Shown: positions 37,083-50,379 of the stretch, one piece after another
Layout: each line of letters starts with the position of its first letter
Numbering within the stretch: position 1 is the stretch's first letter
Source of the DNA: Setoptus koraiensis
Taxonomy: Eukaryota > Animalia > Arthropoda
Reading direction: 5' to 3'
Length of the DNA stretch: 64,000 nucleotides
NCBI GenBank assembly: GCA_048013815.1
Contig: CM106585.1
Coordinates: 18,848,001-18,912,000, forward strand
Translations under genes and position numbers: made by a program
The notes under the pieces: generated by a model
Database searches by the model: none
Seen by the model: the letters and a program-made list of their open reading frames with translations, nothing else
Told to the model about the DNA's origin: nothing

Positions 37083-37830
37083 TTTGTATTTTTTATTATT
37101 TTTTGGTATATGTTATGTATTGTTGGTGTTTGTATTTTATATTTTATTTAATTTGTGAGACTTGAGTAGGTGAGCATTCGCTGTGGAGTGGTATGGAAAT
37201 GAATGCGAGCTAACACGCCATTTTTATACTATACTAAATGTCAAATGATCATCAAGTACATCGCAAAAGTCAGACTTGTTCAGGCTTCGTGACGTAAAGC
37301 ATGGTGATGGCAATCTATTGCGTTGGGCGCACAATTGTAAAAATGTACTCTTTATTGTGGAGAGCGCACAGAACGTATCTTGCCAGGCACACATAAGAGA
37401 TGTGCCTGGAAAAATTACATATCAGTTGTGATCAATTAGCTCTAATCATCGACATCTGTGCACGATTCTTGTTTGCTCGTGCACATAATAACAAAGATTT
37501 CAACCACCTTGTACGCAGTAACTAAAGGATGTGAGCGTCTATAGGTGCTTCAAGTGCACACATTGTAAAGTGTTAGATGGTTTATTGTGAACAATGATAC
37601 ATTCTCCATTCAACAATGGTCTGCAAAAAAATAATGTGCATCATGCCCATGCTTGTATAGCGCCCTCTACAGTTGACACCAGTATAACTCGAATGCGGCG
37701 CACAAACAAGAGCGCCATCGGATAACAACAAGCGAGATTGATATTCAGGAGACATGACAAGCATTGCGTTGTTGCTAGGCCATTATTATTATTACTATTA
37801 TTCGAACAAACAAAAACTCGAGACAAATTG

Positions 37831-38469
37831 ATGGATCAAATGTTACAAAATCAAGACAACGACAGTGGGCGTATACTGGAGGCGTTCAAAAATAGCATAT
37901 TAGAAGCGGCAAAAAATATCAAGAGCAATGATAGGACGTTCAACACGTCCACATTGCCAGCCAGCAGAGATAAGATACGAGAGCTAATGAACAATTATGT
38001 AACGCTCAGCAATAAGCACACTGCGACCGAGGAGGCTTACAGGTCTCTATTAGATCTCGTCGAAATAGACGATAAAGAAACAGATGAAGACGACATAACT
38101 ACTGCCTTCAACGACCTGATTGAGAAAGCTCTAGAACAATACCAGACAACTGATGTACCAGAGCCCATAACAGCCATCAGTCAATTACTCTCAGTAGAGA
38201 ATGACGACATAGATGAGCTGGAAACCGACCAACCAAAAACGATACCCAAAGATCCTATTTCTAGGAAAGAGATAAATAGGGCTGTCAAAAACAAGAGATG
38301 CGGCCATGTCTACGATAAAGAAGGTATCGAGAGCCTATTCCAACAAAAAGAAACCAACAATAGAAGAGTGAGGTGCCCTCAGATAGGCTGTTCGAACTTG
38401 GATATGAAAAGGGATGAGATAGTGGATGACGAAGAGACTAATCGGCTCATTGAGGCTCTTCGGAATTAA
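37831..38469 (+). CDS. NSMCE2: E3 SUMO ligase Nse2/Mms21 (SMC5/6 subunit), SP-RING
   Basis: Coiled-coil-like N-terminus, then DPISRKEI..VKNKRCGHVYDKEGI...RVRCPQIGC (zf-Nse/SP-RING). The first in-frame ATG after the low-quality upstream extension is at 37831. Confidence 0.85.
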   Translation: MDQMLQNQDNDSGRILEAFKNSILEAAKNIKSNDRTFNTSTLPASRDKIRELMNNYVTLSNKHTATEEAYRSLLDLVEIDDKETDEDDITTAFNDLIEKALEQYQTTDVPEPITAISQLLSVENDDIDELETDQPKTIPKDPISRKEINRAVKNKRCGHVYDKEGIESLFQQKETNNRRVRCPQIGCSNLDMKRDEIVDDEETNRLIEALRN

Positions 38470-38514
38470 GGCTTATTCCATTTTAATGGTATTTAATATT
38501 CTATTAAAAAAAAA

Positions 38515-41500
38515 TTATTTAGCCATCATCTGAGAGAATCTTTTATATTCCATTTTCAATGCCTGCCTATTAGGGGCAAATTGTTCCAATCGTTGTAACG
38601 AATCATCGTCTTCCACACCAAATATACTAGAGTATAACGATTTTAGGAATGGAGCCGATTCAAAGTGGACGGTGGTTGTTGGCAACTTGATCATTGCTTC
38701 AAATTGTCGTTCATCTATTGCTCTTCTGTGGGTAGGTTTGTCGGTAACTTTGGCCGTTTCGTTAGGAGTATAGTCCTCAAATTTTTGCTCTGTGATACAG
38801 TATAAATCGCGAACAACCTTTCTGCAGTGCATCAAAAGTAAACAACGCCTCAATGATGCAACTAAGTCTCGTACTTGAAGTATAGAGACAGGAAATTCAT
38901 TATCATCGTCGTTGTTTGATTGCGCATCCAAGGCCTCTATCAATGAGTGATCTAAGCCTTTCTGCTGTTGCAATTTTCTCTTCTTCATTTCTCTTTTTCT
39001 TTTCTTCAAGCGCTCCTGTTTTGCAAGCAATCTCTGCTGTCTTCTCTCCTCAGCACTTTCATCGTTATTTTCACCATCCGAAATATCTTCGTCGGTTGTT
39101 TCATCGTACAATTCATCTTCATTAACTACTATGTCGGTGTCATCCATATCATCTGCGTCATCTACTTCCTCAACCTCCGCATTAGATAATTGTAAAATAT
39201 CCCTAAACTGAGAGGATGTGTGAGATACAGAGATGGATAGAGTCATATCTATTTGGTGTAAGAGGTAGAATGGCTCATCTAGTAATGTAAAAGGTAAAAA
39301 CATGATGTTGTCACTGATGTATTGAAGAATATCACTTTCGCTGCAGGTGGATAATACATATCGACTTTCGTTGACGTCATTGTGAGAAAGCATATTGGGT
39401 GCTGAAGATAATGTAGTTAGATCGAAGTACCTTAACAATGCATTGATAAAGGCCCGCCTTTGTTGACGTGCTGTGGCGATGACAGAATAGAGAGTGGATA
39501 ATCTGGCATTTACATTGACAGCATCTTTTGATTGAGACGCTTGCTGATTGTTGTTGGAAGACGAAGGCGAATCATTATTGTTACTCTGCGACTTAGTTTC
39601 GTTCGATTCGGAGCGACAAAAACCTCTGTTATGCCTGTTGAGAATGAAAGACTCTAATATTCCTTGTTTGGATTTCATTCCAACGAAATTGTGATATTTG
39701 CGCTCGATCTCTTGAAGGACATGGTCAGCTCGAATTCGTATACTCAGATCATCATCTGTCGAAAGTGCTATAAGACTAGGAACAATTTGTAAGGGGTTTA
39801 TGTGTCCTCCGTTATGTACACTATGTATCAGATTAATAGCGGCCCTCCTTATTCTGATATCTGATGACAATGCACAACTCAGCATGTCTCTAAGATATAG
39901 CTGAATCACGGATGATTGAGTTGAATTAGCGTCTTCCTGCTTGGAAGATGTCATCTCCTTTAGATTTTCTCGGGACCAATCGATCGCTGATGCCGATTTT
40001 ATCTCTTGTGTGACCTCATCTTGTAGATAATTCCTGAGATTGCTTAAAACACAGATGCTGGGTTCAGCGTTGTCTGTTTCTTTGAGATCTACTGCTTGTT
40101 TCATAAAGTGTTTGTATAGCGCTTGGGTCTCAGCTCTTAACATGAGCTGGGGTGATCTCTCAAAAAGGAATCCTAGTCCATTGAGGGATTTGAGCAATAT
40201 GTTCGTATTTGGCTTTACATGATTGGTGGAGTATGGATTATTGCAGGTATTATCTATATTTGATTCAACGTAATAGACTAGAGTACTAAATAGTGCATCT
40301 CGTTCTCTGATATTGAAATGTTTTGCAATCAAACCACAGGTGTAAAGAGATCGAAGAAAATATGCTCTGTTTTGCTCCAACATGCCTGGATTCATTCGAC
40401 AGTTTCGAATAACAGTGAAGAATCTTTTGAATATATCGTTAGAAAGTTGATGATTTTGTGTGTGCTTGTATATCAGCTCTGACAAACATGAAACACTGAC
40501 AGGTATAACTGGCGCTTGGCCTCCGAGTATAAGCTTTGTGAGATCTCCCTCTATCGTTTTGAGCGTACTTGCACTAGGATTAGACATAGTAGGTAAAACT
40601 AATTCAATTATCTGAATAACCTTGATGAGTATCATGAGTTCTAGTTGAGATTTGGCTTCAATTGACAGGTATGATTGCAAAGTTTCGACATGATGCATCA
40701 ATAAGAGCGGTGATACTTTAGCAAATAACCACAGAGTAGTCATAGCAGCTAAACAATTAGCCCTAGTATTTGTGTCTTGTGAGCTCGTCGTTAACATATC
40801 CGATACTAGAACCGCTATTATCTGTGATGAAGATGCTAAAGTTTGTCGGACACTGATGAGTTCCGCTGACACAACTTCCCCGTTATCTCCAGTTTCGGCT
40901 ACATCGGTGCCTCTTCGCCTGGATGTCGCTGATTGATTGTTATCGCCTGATTGATTCGGTTTCACTTTTAAAAGACTAGTCAGAAGTTGGTGCAACCACT
41001 CAGTTCCAATACCTTCAGCCAAAACAGTAGCTACAACGTGGGTGATACACGTAACTTTGTTAACCACAGCTTCCTGGCTTTTCTCATCTTTGAACCACAT
41101 CGTAGTGAATGTTTCGGTGACAAGCCTTCTAATACCCTCGCCTTCATCATTGATTCTTTTGATCATTTTAGAGCAAATTTCCGGTACTCGTGAGTAGGAT
41201 GAATACTGTAAGCAAATCTCACGAAGAATCTTAATAACTCTTTTCCTCACAGATACTCCAGAATCCATTATTCTTTCGGTTATTATATCGTAGTAGCGAT
41301 CCACCAAGTTTTGCGATTGACTGTTCAGTATGAACCGACCAATGAGCTCAACAGTTGATTCTCTCACACTTGCAGACTGATCAAGCAGGGATAGCTTGAT
41401 TGCTTTTTGTAGATCATCACGGGCAAGTAGATTTGTGGCACAGTTTTGGGGAGCGTTATTTAGAACATGGGATAGAGACTTCATGGCACGAGATCTTATG

Positions 41501-44488
41501 TTGGTATTTGAAGTACTTGATAGGGCTGCAACAATATGAGAAAGCGCAGCATCAAGTAATTTTTGTGTTGTTGGTAGATTCATGTCCAGCATCTTGATTA
41601 TTAGTTCAGCCGTTCTTTCATCAATAGTTGTGTCGTCTTCACAAGTAGATTCAGGGGACAGTGGACCATCTAATTGATTCAACAAATCATCAGTCGTACT
41701 AAAATTGAGATCATCAGAATCGTTGCCACCTCTTTGTTTGGAAGAAACAGAAATTATACGAAAAAAGTCCCGAACCATCTGATATTGAATATCTCCACTA
41801 GTTGGTCCAGACGATGCCACAGTTTGTTGCTCTTCACCGTTATTTTGAAGTGAAGATTTTCCATAGCTTCGAACGGCATTACTATTTTGGCTGGCACTGT
41901 TACTTTCATCGTCATCAGATATCGTAGAATTGGCTTGTGTTGCAGGGTTTTGAGCTTCATATAAAGCCTTAGCGCGTCTCTCAAGCTCTTTCAACCACAC
42001 GGCACAAAATATATTACGTGTACATTTTGAAACACCTTTCTCCCTCTGACAGAAATTTAACAGTGCTAGCCAAACTTTTCGTTCGTCTTCGGGAGTGAAT
42101 ATGGTCTGGTCTCCGTTTTCCAAGTTGTCGTCAGTGTCATTAACTGCAGCGGTATCTTCGTCCGTGGCTTCTGAGTCTTCCTCAGTTTCACTATCTTCGA
42201 TAACTCGTTTCAATTTTCTCTTTATCTGCTTCTTTCGCTGTCTTCTTTTATTACTGCTCTTGCATGAGGGTCCCAAGGGTGTAGGCAACGATCCAAGATC
42301 AATAACCTTCAAAGATCTCATAACTTCATCCTTATACTGACTGAGTAGACTGTTTTCCTGGACTAAGCGCGCGCATATTGTTCCTAGATGTTCTAAACTG
42401 GCTAGCTTTAGTGTTTGGTTCGTAGGTAATGCGGCGCTCTTCTTTCCTTGGTGAGGAGTGATGTTTTGAATGAGGAGCTTGACCAAAACTTGAGTTAGCA
42501 ACTGCGAAGTACTCCACGTCGGTTTATGCAGAGTAGCCATAAGATCCTCGACGAAGTTGTCGAATAGAACCCTGTAGTCGCATTCATCTTTTTTATCTAC
42601 ACCACAACATCGTCGCAAGAATGATGATAGAAATGCAAATGACACGCGAATGGCGACATCATATTGAGATCTCAACATTTTATCATAACTCTGTATATCT
42701 TTGAGGTCTTCATTTTGTTGCGTTTGTGTGAGATTTAAACCAACTTTAGTCCTATCAGTAGCAGCTGATTTTTTGATGGTAAAAAGGGACTGAATAAGTT
42801 GCATGATTAATGCAGAAAATATAGAAATTGATTCTGTCGAGGACGAATGACTATTAGTTCCTATCTTATATTGTACTCTATTGCGTTTTGTTGTTGGTAG
42901 TCGGGCGATTGAATGGAGCAATTCCTCAAGTATAACAGTCTGGTGGGTCTTATATGAAGCAAATATAGCCGTGATCACATGTAGGGCATTGAGCTGTAAC
43001 TCGTTAGAAGATGATGAGTCCATCAAGAAGAAAGCCGTCAATGCTGCCCGTGATGTCGACAACACTAGGGTATCTGTCAATGTAGCTTCGCTTCTACAGG
43101 TTAATAATTCATTAACAAGAGCTAAAACTTCTGAACTCTTCGCATTGAGCTTCGTAAGAGACTGTTTATTGAAGAGGCATCTCCTCGTAGAATTGCTTTT
43201 ATCCTGATTATTACCCTTACTTATTTTCTTTGGCGATGAGCAGTGACCTCCTGTAGTAGTGTCTGTTATCATCAACAAAGCGGAGTTCACAAATGTAATT
43301 ATGGCTTCAACACATTCTTCTAAGTAGACTCGGCTAGACATGCTCCTGGATGTCATTATATTGAGAGCAATAACAGAGCAATCACAACAAATTTCGAATT
43401 TGAGCATCCGGGTGGCTTGAGCGTTGTTTTGGCCATTGTACTGATTGGAATCATCGTCTGAATCTTGAGAATCATTATTTCCGGTAATATTACCGTTGTC
43501 GTCTTGGATTTGACTGCTTTTCAGTACTGCACTTTGAACATCCAACTGAGATGTGAGAGCACTCAAAAGAGAGGTTAATTTGTTTATATTGACATTTTTC
43601 ATTTGATTGGACCGTTTCAGTTTGGCACTTATGGCAACCAGATGTGATAATTGCTTTGGAGTAAGATTGACGTATTTGATAGATCCATCACCAAAACCGT
43701 TTTTCATATGCTCATCGAATATATCATCAAGGAATCTTTCAAATTTCGGTAGCAATTTATCACTTGATCCGGAGGAATCTATAACCACCTTTGCAGTTGA
43801 TTTTTGGGTATCTTTGTGCACGTGCTTCTCTTTCTTGATTTTAGTTTTGAGCTTTTGTTGATGCTGAAGATGCGTATTATGTTTTTGCTGATGGTGAGTC
43901 TGGTTAGTAGCCTGGTGTTGCGACGAATGCGTAGTCTGTGGCTGCTGATGAGGTGGATAATGCTGGTGCGTTGGTTGCGGTTGAAATTGCTGATAGGGGG
44001 GCTGAATTTGTTGTGCTTGTGCTTGAAGTGGCTGATGAGTTATGTGAGGTGCCTGATTAAGATGAGTTTGGTGTATTTGTTGTTGCTGATGAGCTTGGTG
44101 TGCTGGGTACTGCGGATGCACCTGATGAGCTTGGTGTTGAGGGTGCGCTTGTTGTTGCTGGTGCTGTGAATGGGTTTGCTGAGGGTGACGTTGTGGATGC
44201 GTTTGCTGAGGTTGATGGTGCTGAGATGGATGGTGAACCTGGTTTTTAATGTGTGCTTGAGGGGTCTGGTGAGGATGCTGCTGCTGTGGCGTTGGTCGCA
44301 CTGGCGACTGTGTCTGATGCGCCTGCCTAACTTGATGGGGAATTGTATGCAAGGGTGTCACGGCTGTTTGTATTGGTGGTGTAGACGGCACTGGAGCTAC
44401 AGATGGTGGTACAGATATTAAAGGTGGTATTGATTGTGGTGGCGGTTTTTGCTCTAGATGTTGTTGTTGCTGTTGATGTTGTTGTTGC

Positions 44489-44522
<34 letters not shown>

Positions 44523-45111
44523 GCTGTTGTTGTTGCTGTTGTTGCAATTGTTGTTGTTGTTGTTGTAGGTGCTGTTGTTGTTGTTGCTGTTGCTGCTGTT
44601 GTTGCAAAGCTGCAGAGCTAACAATGTCCTGAAAAATCTGTTGGTGAGTGCCAGGTGTTGGGTGTATTGTGGGTGAAGGTTGTTGTTGTTGGTGTTGTAT
44701 AGGTGGTTGTTGATATGGAATGGGTGCCTGACATGGCACTGAAATTACATCCTGAAAAAGTTGATGATTATTTACAATAATTGACATCAATGGTGACGCT
44801 TGATGATATGGGCGAGCAGATGCTGAAGGGTAATTAGATGAAGTGGCAGCTTGAGTAGCTGGCTCAGCATCCTTGAATGTGAGATTGTCTAAATCATTAT
44901 GTAATCTGGCCAACTGTAATGCGGGTGCAATTACAGAAGCGACCTCGTGCAATTCGGCTGCTGTCTGTATAGGTAGATTGTTATTATCTATGAGGAGACA
45001 ATCATTGTCATTCTTATGTCGGGCTTGGGGCAATGGCAATTCATCCAGCAAGTCCACGAGACTATGTATAGTTGCCAAACCAACTCCATTCATGTTGAAT
45101 AAATGTTCCAT
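38515..45111 (-). CDS. Nipped-B: Nipped-B / NIPBL cohesin loader (single 6.6-kb ORF, 2,198 aa)
   Basis: N-terminal motif LATIHSLVDLLDELPLP (MAU2-binding region). HEAT-repeat region with DQSASVRESTVELIG, RIMDSGVSVRKRVIKIL, RINDEGEGIRRLV, GHINPLQIVPSLIALSTD and KYHNFVGMK, plus a C-terminal Nipped-B_C-like region. No introns are needed. Confidence 0.96.
44445..44600 (-). repeat. CAA/CAG polyglutamine tract within Nipped-B
   Basis: Encodes about 45 residues of near-pure Gln with occasional His/Leu. Confidence 0.9.
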
Positions 45112-46922
45112 AAATGGCTGGATTTGGTAGCAAGTTAATAAAATTTATATAATCAATGTTGTTGTTGTTGTTACTGTTATTGTTCCAATGATTGCTGTTG
45201 TTGTTGCTGCTCTATTTTTGCTGCGGCCGTTGCTGTCCTGCCTTGTCCGTTCATATATAATTTTTAATATAGTTCTCCTAATCTGTATTGACAATAGGAA
45301 TAATTACAATAGTTACAATGGTAATATTATGTTTAGTAATAATAATGGTATAATAATAATAATGATAATAATAATAGTTGCGTAATATTATAATAAAATC
45401 ATAGTAGCAGTATAGTTTTGATAACGGTTCCTTCTCTGCAGACCAAGTTAACACTCACTCCTGTGCATATACAATATCAGCCAAAATATAAATTCTATCA
45501 GATCAGAAGAGAGCGATAGACGAGAACGATGAAGATAGGAGATAGCCTCTGTGTCTGCTGTCGTCGACATTCGCCCGTGTGCGTTCCCCCATGCACAAAC
45601 TCAAAACAGGCTCTAAGTTCTTTATTCTTTTCCCCTATTCGTCTCCACAAGAATTTAAGTCTGCACATAAGGCGACTTGTGTGCGTATGTGTGCATGTGT
45701 GTGTAACCTCTCCCTCTATCGCGCTCCCTCTCTCTCTCTCGCTCTTTCTCGTTCGCTCAATTCAGCTTGCATTCACTCTTGAGCGCAGGGTGAGTTAATC
45801 GCAATGTCTCTTATACACACTGTAATACTACAGTGCAGCACTACAGTGTACTAGTCTCACTTTGTGAGTCCTGCTATGCTGTGGTGCCAGATCAAATTGG
45901 CAAATCCTACACAAGTATTCATTTTGGAACAGTGAAACACCATTAGCTCAGAAGCGCACACAGAAATACTTGTGAAGCAGTCCTGCAGGAAGCATCCATG
46001 GCGCTGGTGACTCATAAAATAGCGGTACGATATCACAATAAGCGCCCCCTTCATGAAGCTTTCGCAAGTGCACAATATGCAACTATCTTTGTTGAGCACA
46101 CGAAAAGCGGGGCTAAAGGTACAAAATGTGCATGGCATGTATAAATAACGCTTACATCATGGCAGGGTATCGTCGTTGTTATTTCAGGCACATAAGTATT
46201 TAAGTGCACACTTTCCACCATTGTGCAGCACAGTGAAATCTCATGACTGTAATTTTGTATGATGCACCCCCTGATTCCTTGGCTCTGTTGACTATGTTAC
46301 AGATCGTTGTCGAGTGAACACATACAGTTTTCAAATGCATTGGGTGCTCACTAAATGTTGTTGCCCTCCTGTTGAACACGCTATCTCTCTATGATTCAAT
46401 AGTTAGATATGCTGCCATAGAGGACTTTTATACTGCATTTGATATTAGCACTTCATGTAAACATTACCAAAATACCCTCGCGCCTACTCATTCGAATACC
46501 CTTGTATATTGTGTAATGCGCTGGCACATCAGATCGTTGCGTAAGTCGCACGACGTTACTGCATGAATTGCGTTGAGGCGTGTCTCGGACCCGCTCAAAG
46601 AGAAACGAACCGCCCCTTCGTAGAAATTCGGAACTTTGCGGGTTGTACCGTCCCATGAATCTGTGCATGTGCTGCTAAACGGTGCGACTGATGTCGGCTA
46701 GGAGCACAAATCTGCAGGCAGACAAGGAAACCTCGTGGTTTTCGCAAGAATCGCTATCCATCAAGATGTACTTTGGATTGTGTCAATAAAATTCACAATT
46801 TTCTAACATATCCGATAGTATTTACCTGGCTAAAATAGGCACCCGTCAATCATTGTCCGAGACATCCAAAGACGAACTACTGTGCCTAAACTTGAACGCT
46901 TACTTATCAAGCCGGATTCACC

Positions 46923-47318
46923 ATGTCAGAGGACCTAGGTCAGAAGATTCAGGATATGTTTCAGAGCATATATGAGGCCGCGGACAGAAAGCACATGAGA
47001 CAACTGAAGAGGGACATGTTCAAGTGTGGTCACGACTGTCTTGATGATAAAAATTCCGTGCGACAAGCCGAAGCATGTATTGAGGACTGTGGTAGACCGA
47101 TGCATAAAGCTATGAACAATATTCAAAACGAGATCAATATATTTCAAGGACGCGTGGATAGGTGTTTGATGGATTGTCAAGATTCCGCTCGATCAATAAA
47201 ACAAGAATCCAAAGCCAAACTTGCCTTTGAAGCATGCGCTGAACAGTGTGTTAAAAAATTTATACCTCTTGTACCAGAAGTCATTAAACAAATCAATGAA
47301 GCCGTGACAAAAAATTGA
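46923..47318 (+). CDS. FAM136A: FAM136A family protein
   Basis: 131-aa ORF with the characteristic Cys pattern MFKCGHDCLDD...IEDCGRP...QGRVDRCLMDCQD...FEACAEQCV. Confidence 0.88.
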   Translation: MSEDLGQKIQDMFQSIYEAADRKHMRQLKRDMFKCGHDCLDDKNSVRQAEACIEDCGRPMHKAMNNIQNEINIFQGRVDRCLMDCQDSARSIKQESKAKLAFEACAEQCVKKFIPLVPEVIKQINEAVTKN

Positions 47319-47706
47319 TTTTTGTCAATTTACAATTTATCATTATGTTCCCTAGATTAGAGCAGTCATTAGAGCTATAAAATAAAGTAATTTATATACT
47401 AGTACAAATAGTATTCTAACCCGTCTCAACTTGTATCGAAGCGCAAGTTCCCATGTTGTCTGCACGTGGTCTTCGTAAACATACGGTTCAATGCTCCAAC
47501 ATGTGTTGAGATGATCCTCATGCGCAAGCTTTTTATCCTCCATTGGCAATTGTGAGCCTCCCTCCTAATATACCACATCACACTCAACGCTCTCTCAAAT
47601 CAGGAATATAGAAATCAACACAGTCCACGGAATTACAATCACAGATTTTCTGAAAATTCTCAACATACAGCTCTTAATTTATTGATAAATATACAGAGCG
47701 TCCGCC

Positions 47707-48411
47707 ATGATGTTGAGTAGATATTACCATATTTTTGGCATAAAGTGGGTTTCCAAATGTCCTTTGGAAATCTCAAGGAGTCGAACCCTGATCAACAAAA
47801 TCACAAAGGCCTCTGCATACAATGAAAGCGGCGCGTATGACGGTGATGGCAAAACGGTAGCCACTATTCTTCAAAACGACTACGGGAATGATATAAACTT
47901 AATAAGAGGATACAGCCCAGTGGGGTTTAGGTTATCGAATAGAGCTTTTGCTTATGGATCGATCATTATGTTTCCTACAAGTTCTTTAGCCTGGAATGTC
48001 GCTCGTTCTACAGATATAAATATGGAGTCTCTCATACTGTTTGATTTGATTCTACCCAAAATTAAAATGTTAATAATCGGGTATGGTGACCTTGGTGATA
48101 AATACGATGCTTCTATACCGATGTTGCTCAAGAAAAAGGGGATTAATTGTGAAATATTACCAACATGTCATGCAGCAACAACTTACAACTACTTGGCTAC
48201 CGACGGAGTACACGTCGCTGGTGCATTTATACCCCCGCAAAAAGTGGAAAGAAGACCCCAGGACGGCTTGCACCACCATATTGATTTTATGGATAATAAG
48301 AAGCGGTTGGACATAGACAAGAAAAAAGAATATCCCACAACTGAACTCAAGAAGTACGTGCTATCGACATGGAAAAAAATGTCGCCCAAAGACGCACCGG
48401 ATAAAATTTAG
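47707..48411 (+). CDS. NDUFAF3: NADH dehydrogenase complex I assembly factor 3 (Mth938-like domain)
   Basis: 234-aa ORF with a presequence-like N-terminus, then IRGYSPVGFRL, GSIIMFP..LAWNV, SLILFDLILPKIKMLIIGYG and EILPT..AATTYNYL..DG..VAGAFIPP. Confidence 0.85.
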   Translation: MMLSRYYHIFGIKWVSKCPLEISRSRTLINKITKASAYNESGAYDGDGKTVATILQNDYGNDINLIRGYSPVGFRLSNRAFAYGSIIMFPTSSLAWNVARSTDINMESLILFDLILPKIKMLIIGYGDLGDKYDASIPMLLKKKGINCEILPTCHAATTYNYLATDGVHVAGAFIPPQKVERRPQDGLHHHIDFMDNKKRLDIDKKKEYPTTELKKYVLSTWKKMSPKDAPDKI

Positions 48412-48548
48412 TATTGAGCATAGCAAATTAGAGAAATATATTTATTACAATACAACACGCCTTTTCTATGTACAGTATTTCATTTTTGATCAAATGAATA
48501 ATCATCATTTTCAGAGCATTCAAGCAATATACATATTTATTATTTGTT

Positions 48549-49511
<963 letters not shown>

Positions 49512-50379
49512 TTAATGTTCAAATGATACACATATAAATAAATAAAGAAGATGTACAATTTTGCCTTTCGAGTGAAATTGGGCTTGTGAGTGAAATGGTG
49601 AGCAAATGTGTGTATACACAATGATGGAAATCTGATGAGCCTGCTGAGGGCTCGTTTGGTCGTGCGCAACTTGCGTATTGTGCAGAGTGTACGTTTACTA
49701 GTGCTGCATATTGTGAATTGTGAATGCCGAATCAGCGTTGCATGTTCCGCATGCGCGCTGTGCTCGTGCACGAATGTGATTTTGTGCGGACAAAGAGAGT
49801 GCACAGTCAGATTACACTAGGAATTTTCAATAATTAATCTCCTGCGGTAGCGGAGCGACATTTCAAGGATGCAAATAGTAATGATGATGGCAGACCGGGA
49901 GGCGCGTCTTCTAGACGATAGTCTCCTCCCGCGCGTGGTATCCTAATTGCGTTCGCAGAGCCTCATTGGTAGCTAGCCACGAGAGATTCCCTCTCTTGCC
50001 ATCAAGTAGTGAGCTCTTACATTGGTAAAAGGAAAGTCTGCTTCGAAATAACTGCAACTGGCCACTTGACTCACCGAGTACGAGTGACGGGGCGTGGACA
50101 GCGGGCGGAAATTACTGACCGGGTTCGGGCATATCACCGACAACTCACGGTACACACTACCCATACCATGCACACAACGAATATTTTTCTTTTTGCTCAA
50201 CAGCACTACGACTTGTTCTCTGGACACATTACTGCCTTCATCCAATATAAATATAAACATTACAGTATCCCTGCTACATCTATTATTATTATTACAATTC
50301 AATTGGTTTATGACTACTACTATTATTACGCTTATTAATTTGGTCGTCATTGTCCTTGATTATTCATTTCAATCACAGA

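Noticed and set aside
38245-38270. Nse2 SP-RING begins DPIS rather than CPIT
   Set aside because: The CxH and Cx4C motifs are intact, and as I recall this substitution occurs in other Nse2 orthologs. It is not evidence of pseudogenisation.
46700-46750. CGAAAACCACGAGG on the minus strand, resembling part of U3 snoRNA
   Set aside because: Boxes A, B, C and D are not present at the expected spacing, so it is probably a chance match.
50028-50045. GGAAAGTCTG as RNase P/MRP CR-I
   Set aside because: No downstream P4 partner (CAGACT/CGGGGCT-like) was found, so it is not called as an RNA gene.
49973-50350. 125-aa minus-strand ORF and overlapping + strand ORFs between wds and CHMP7
   Set aside because: No recognisable homology, and the region is better explained as UTR/intron or structured RNA.
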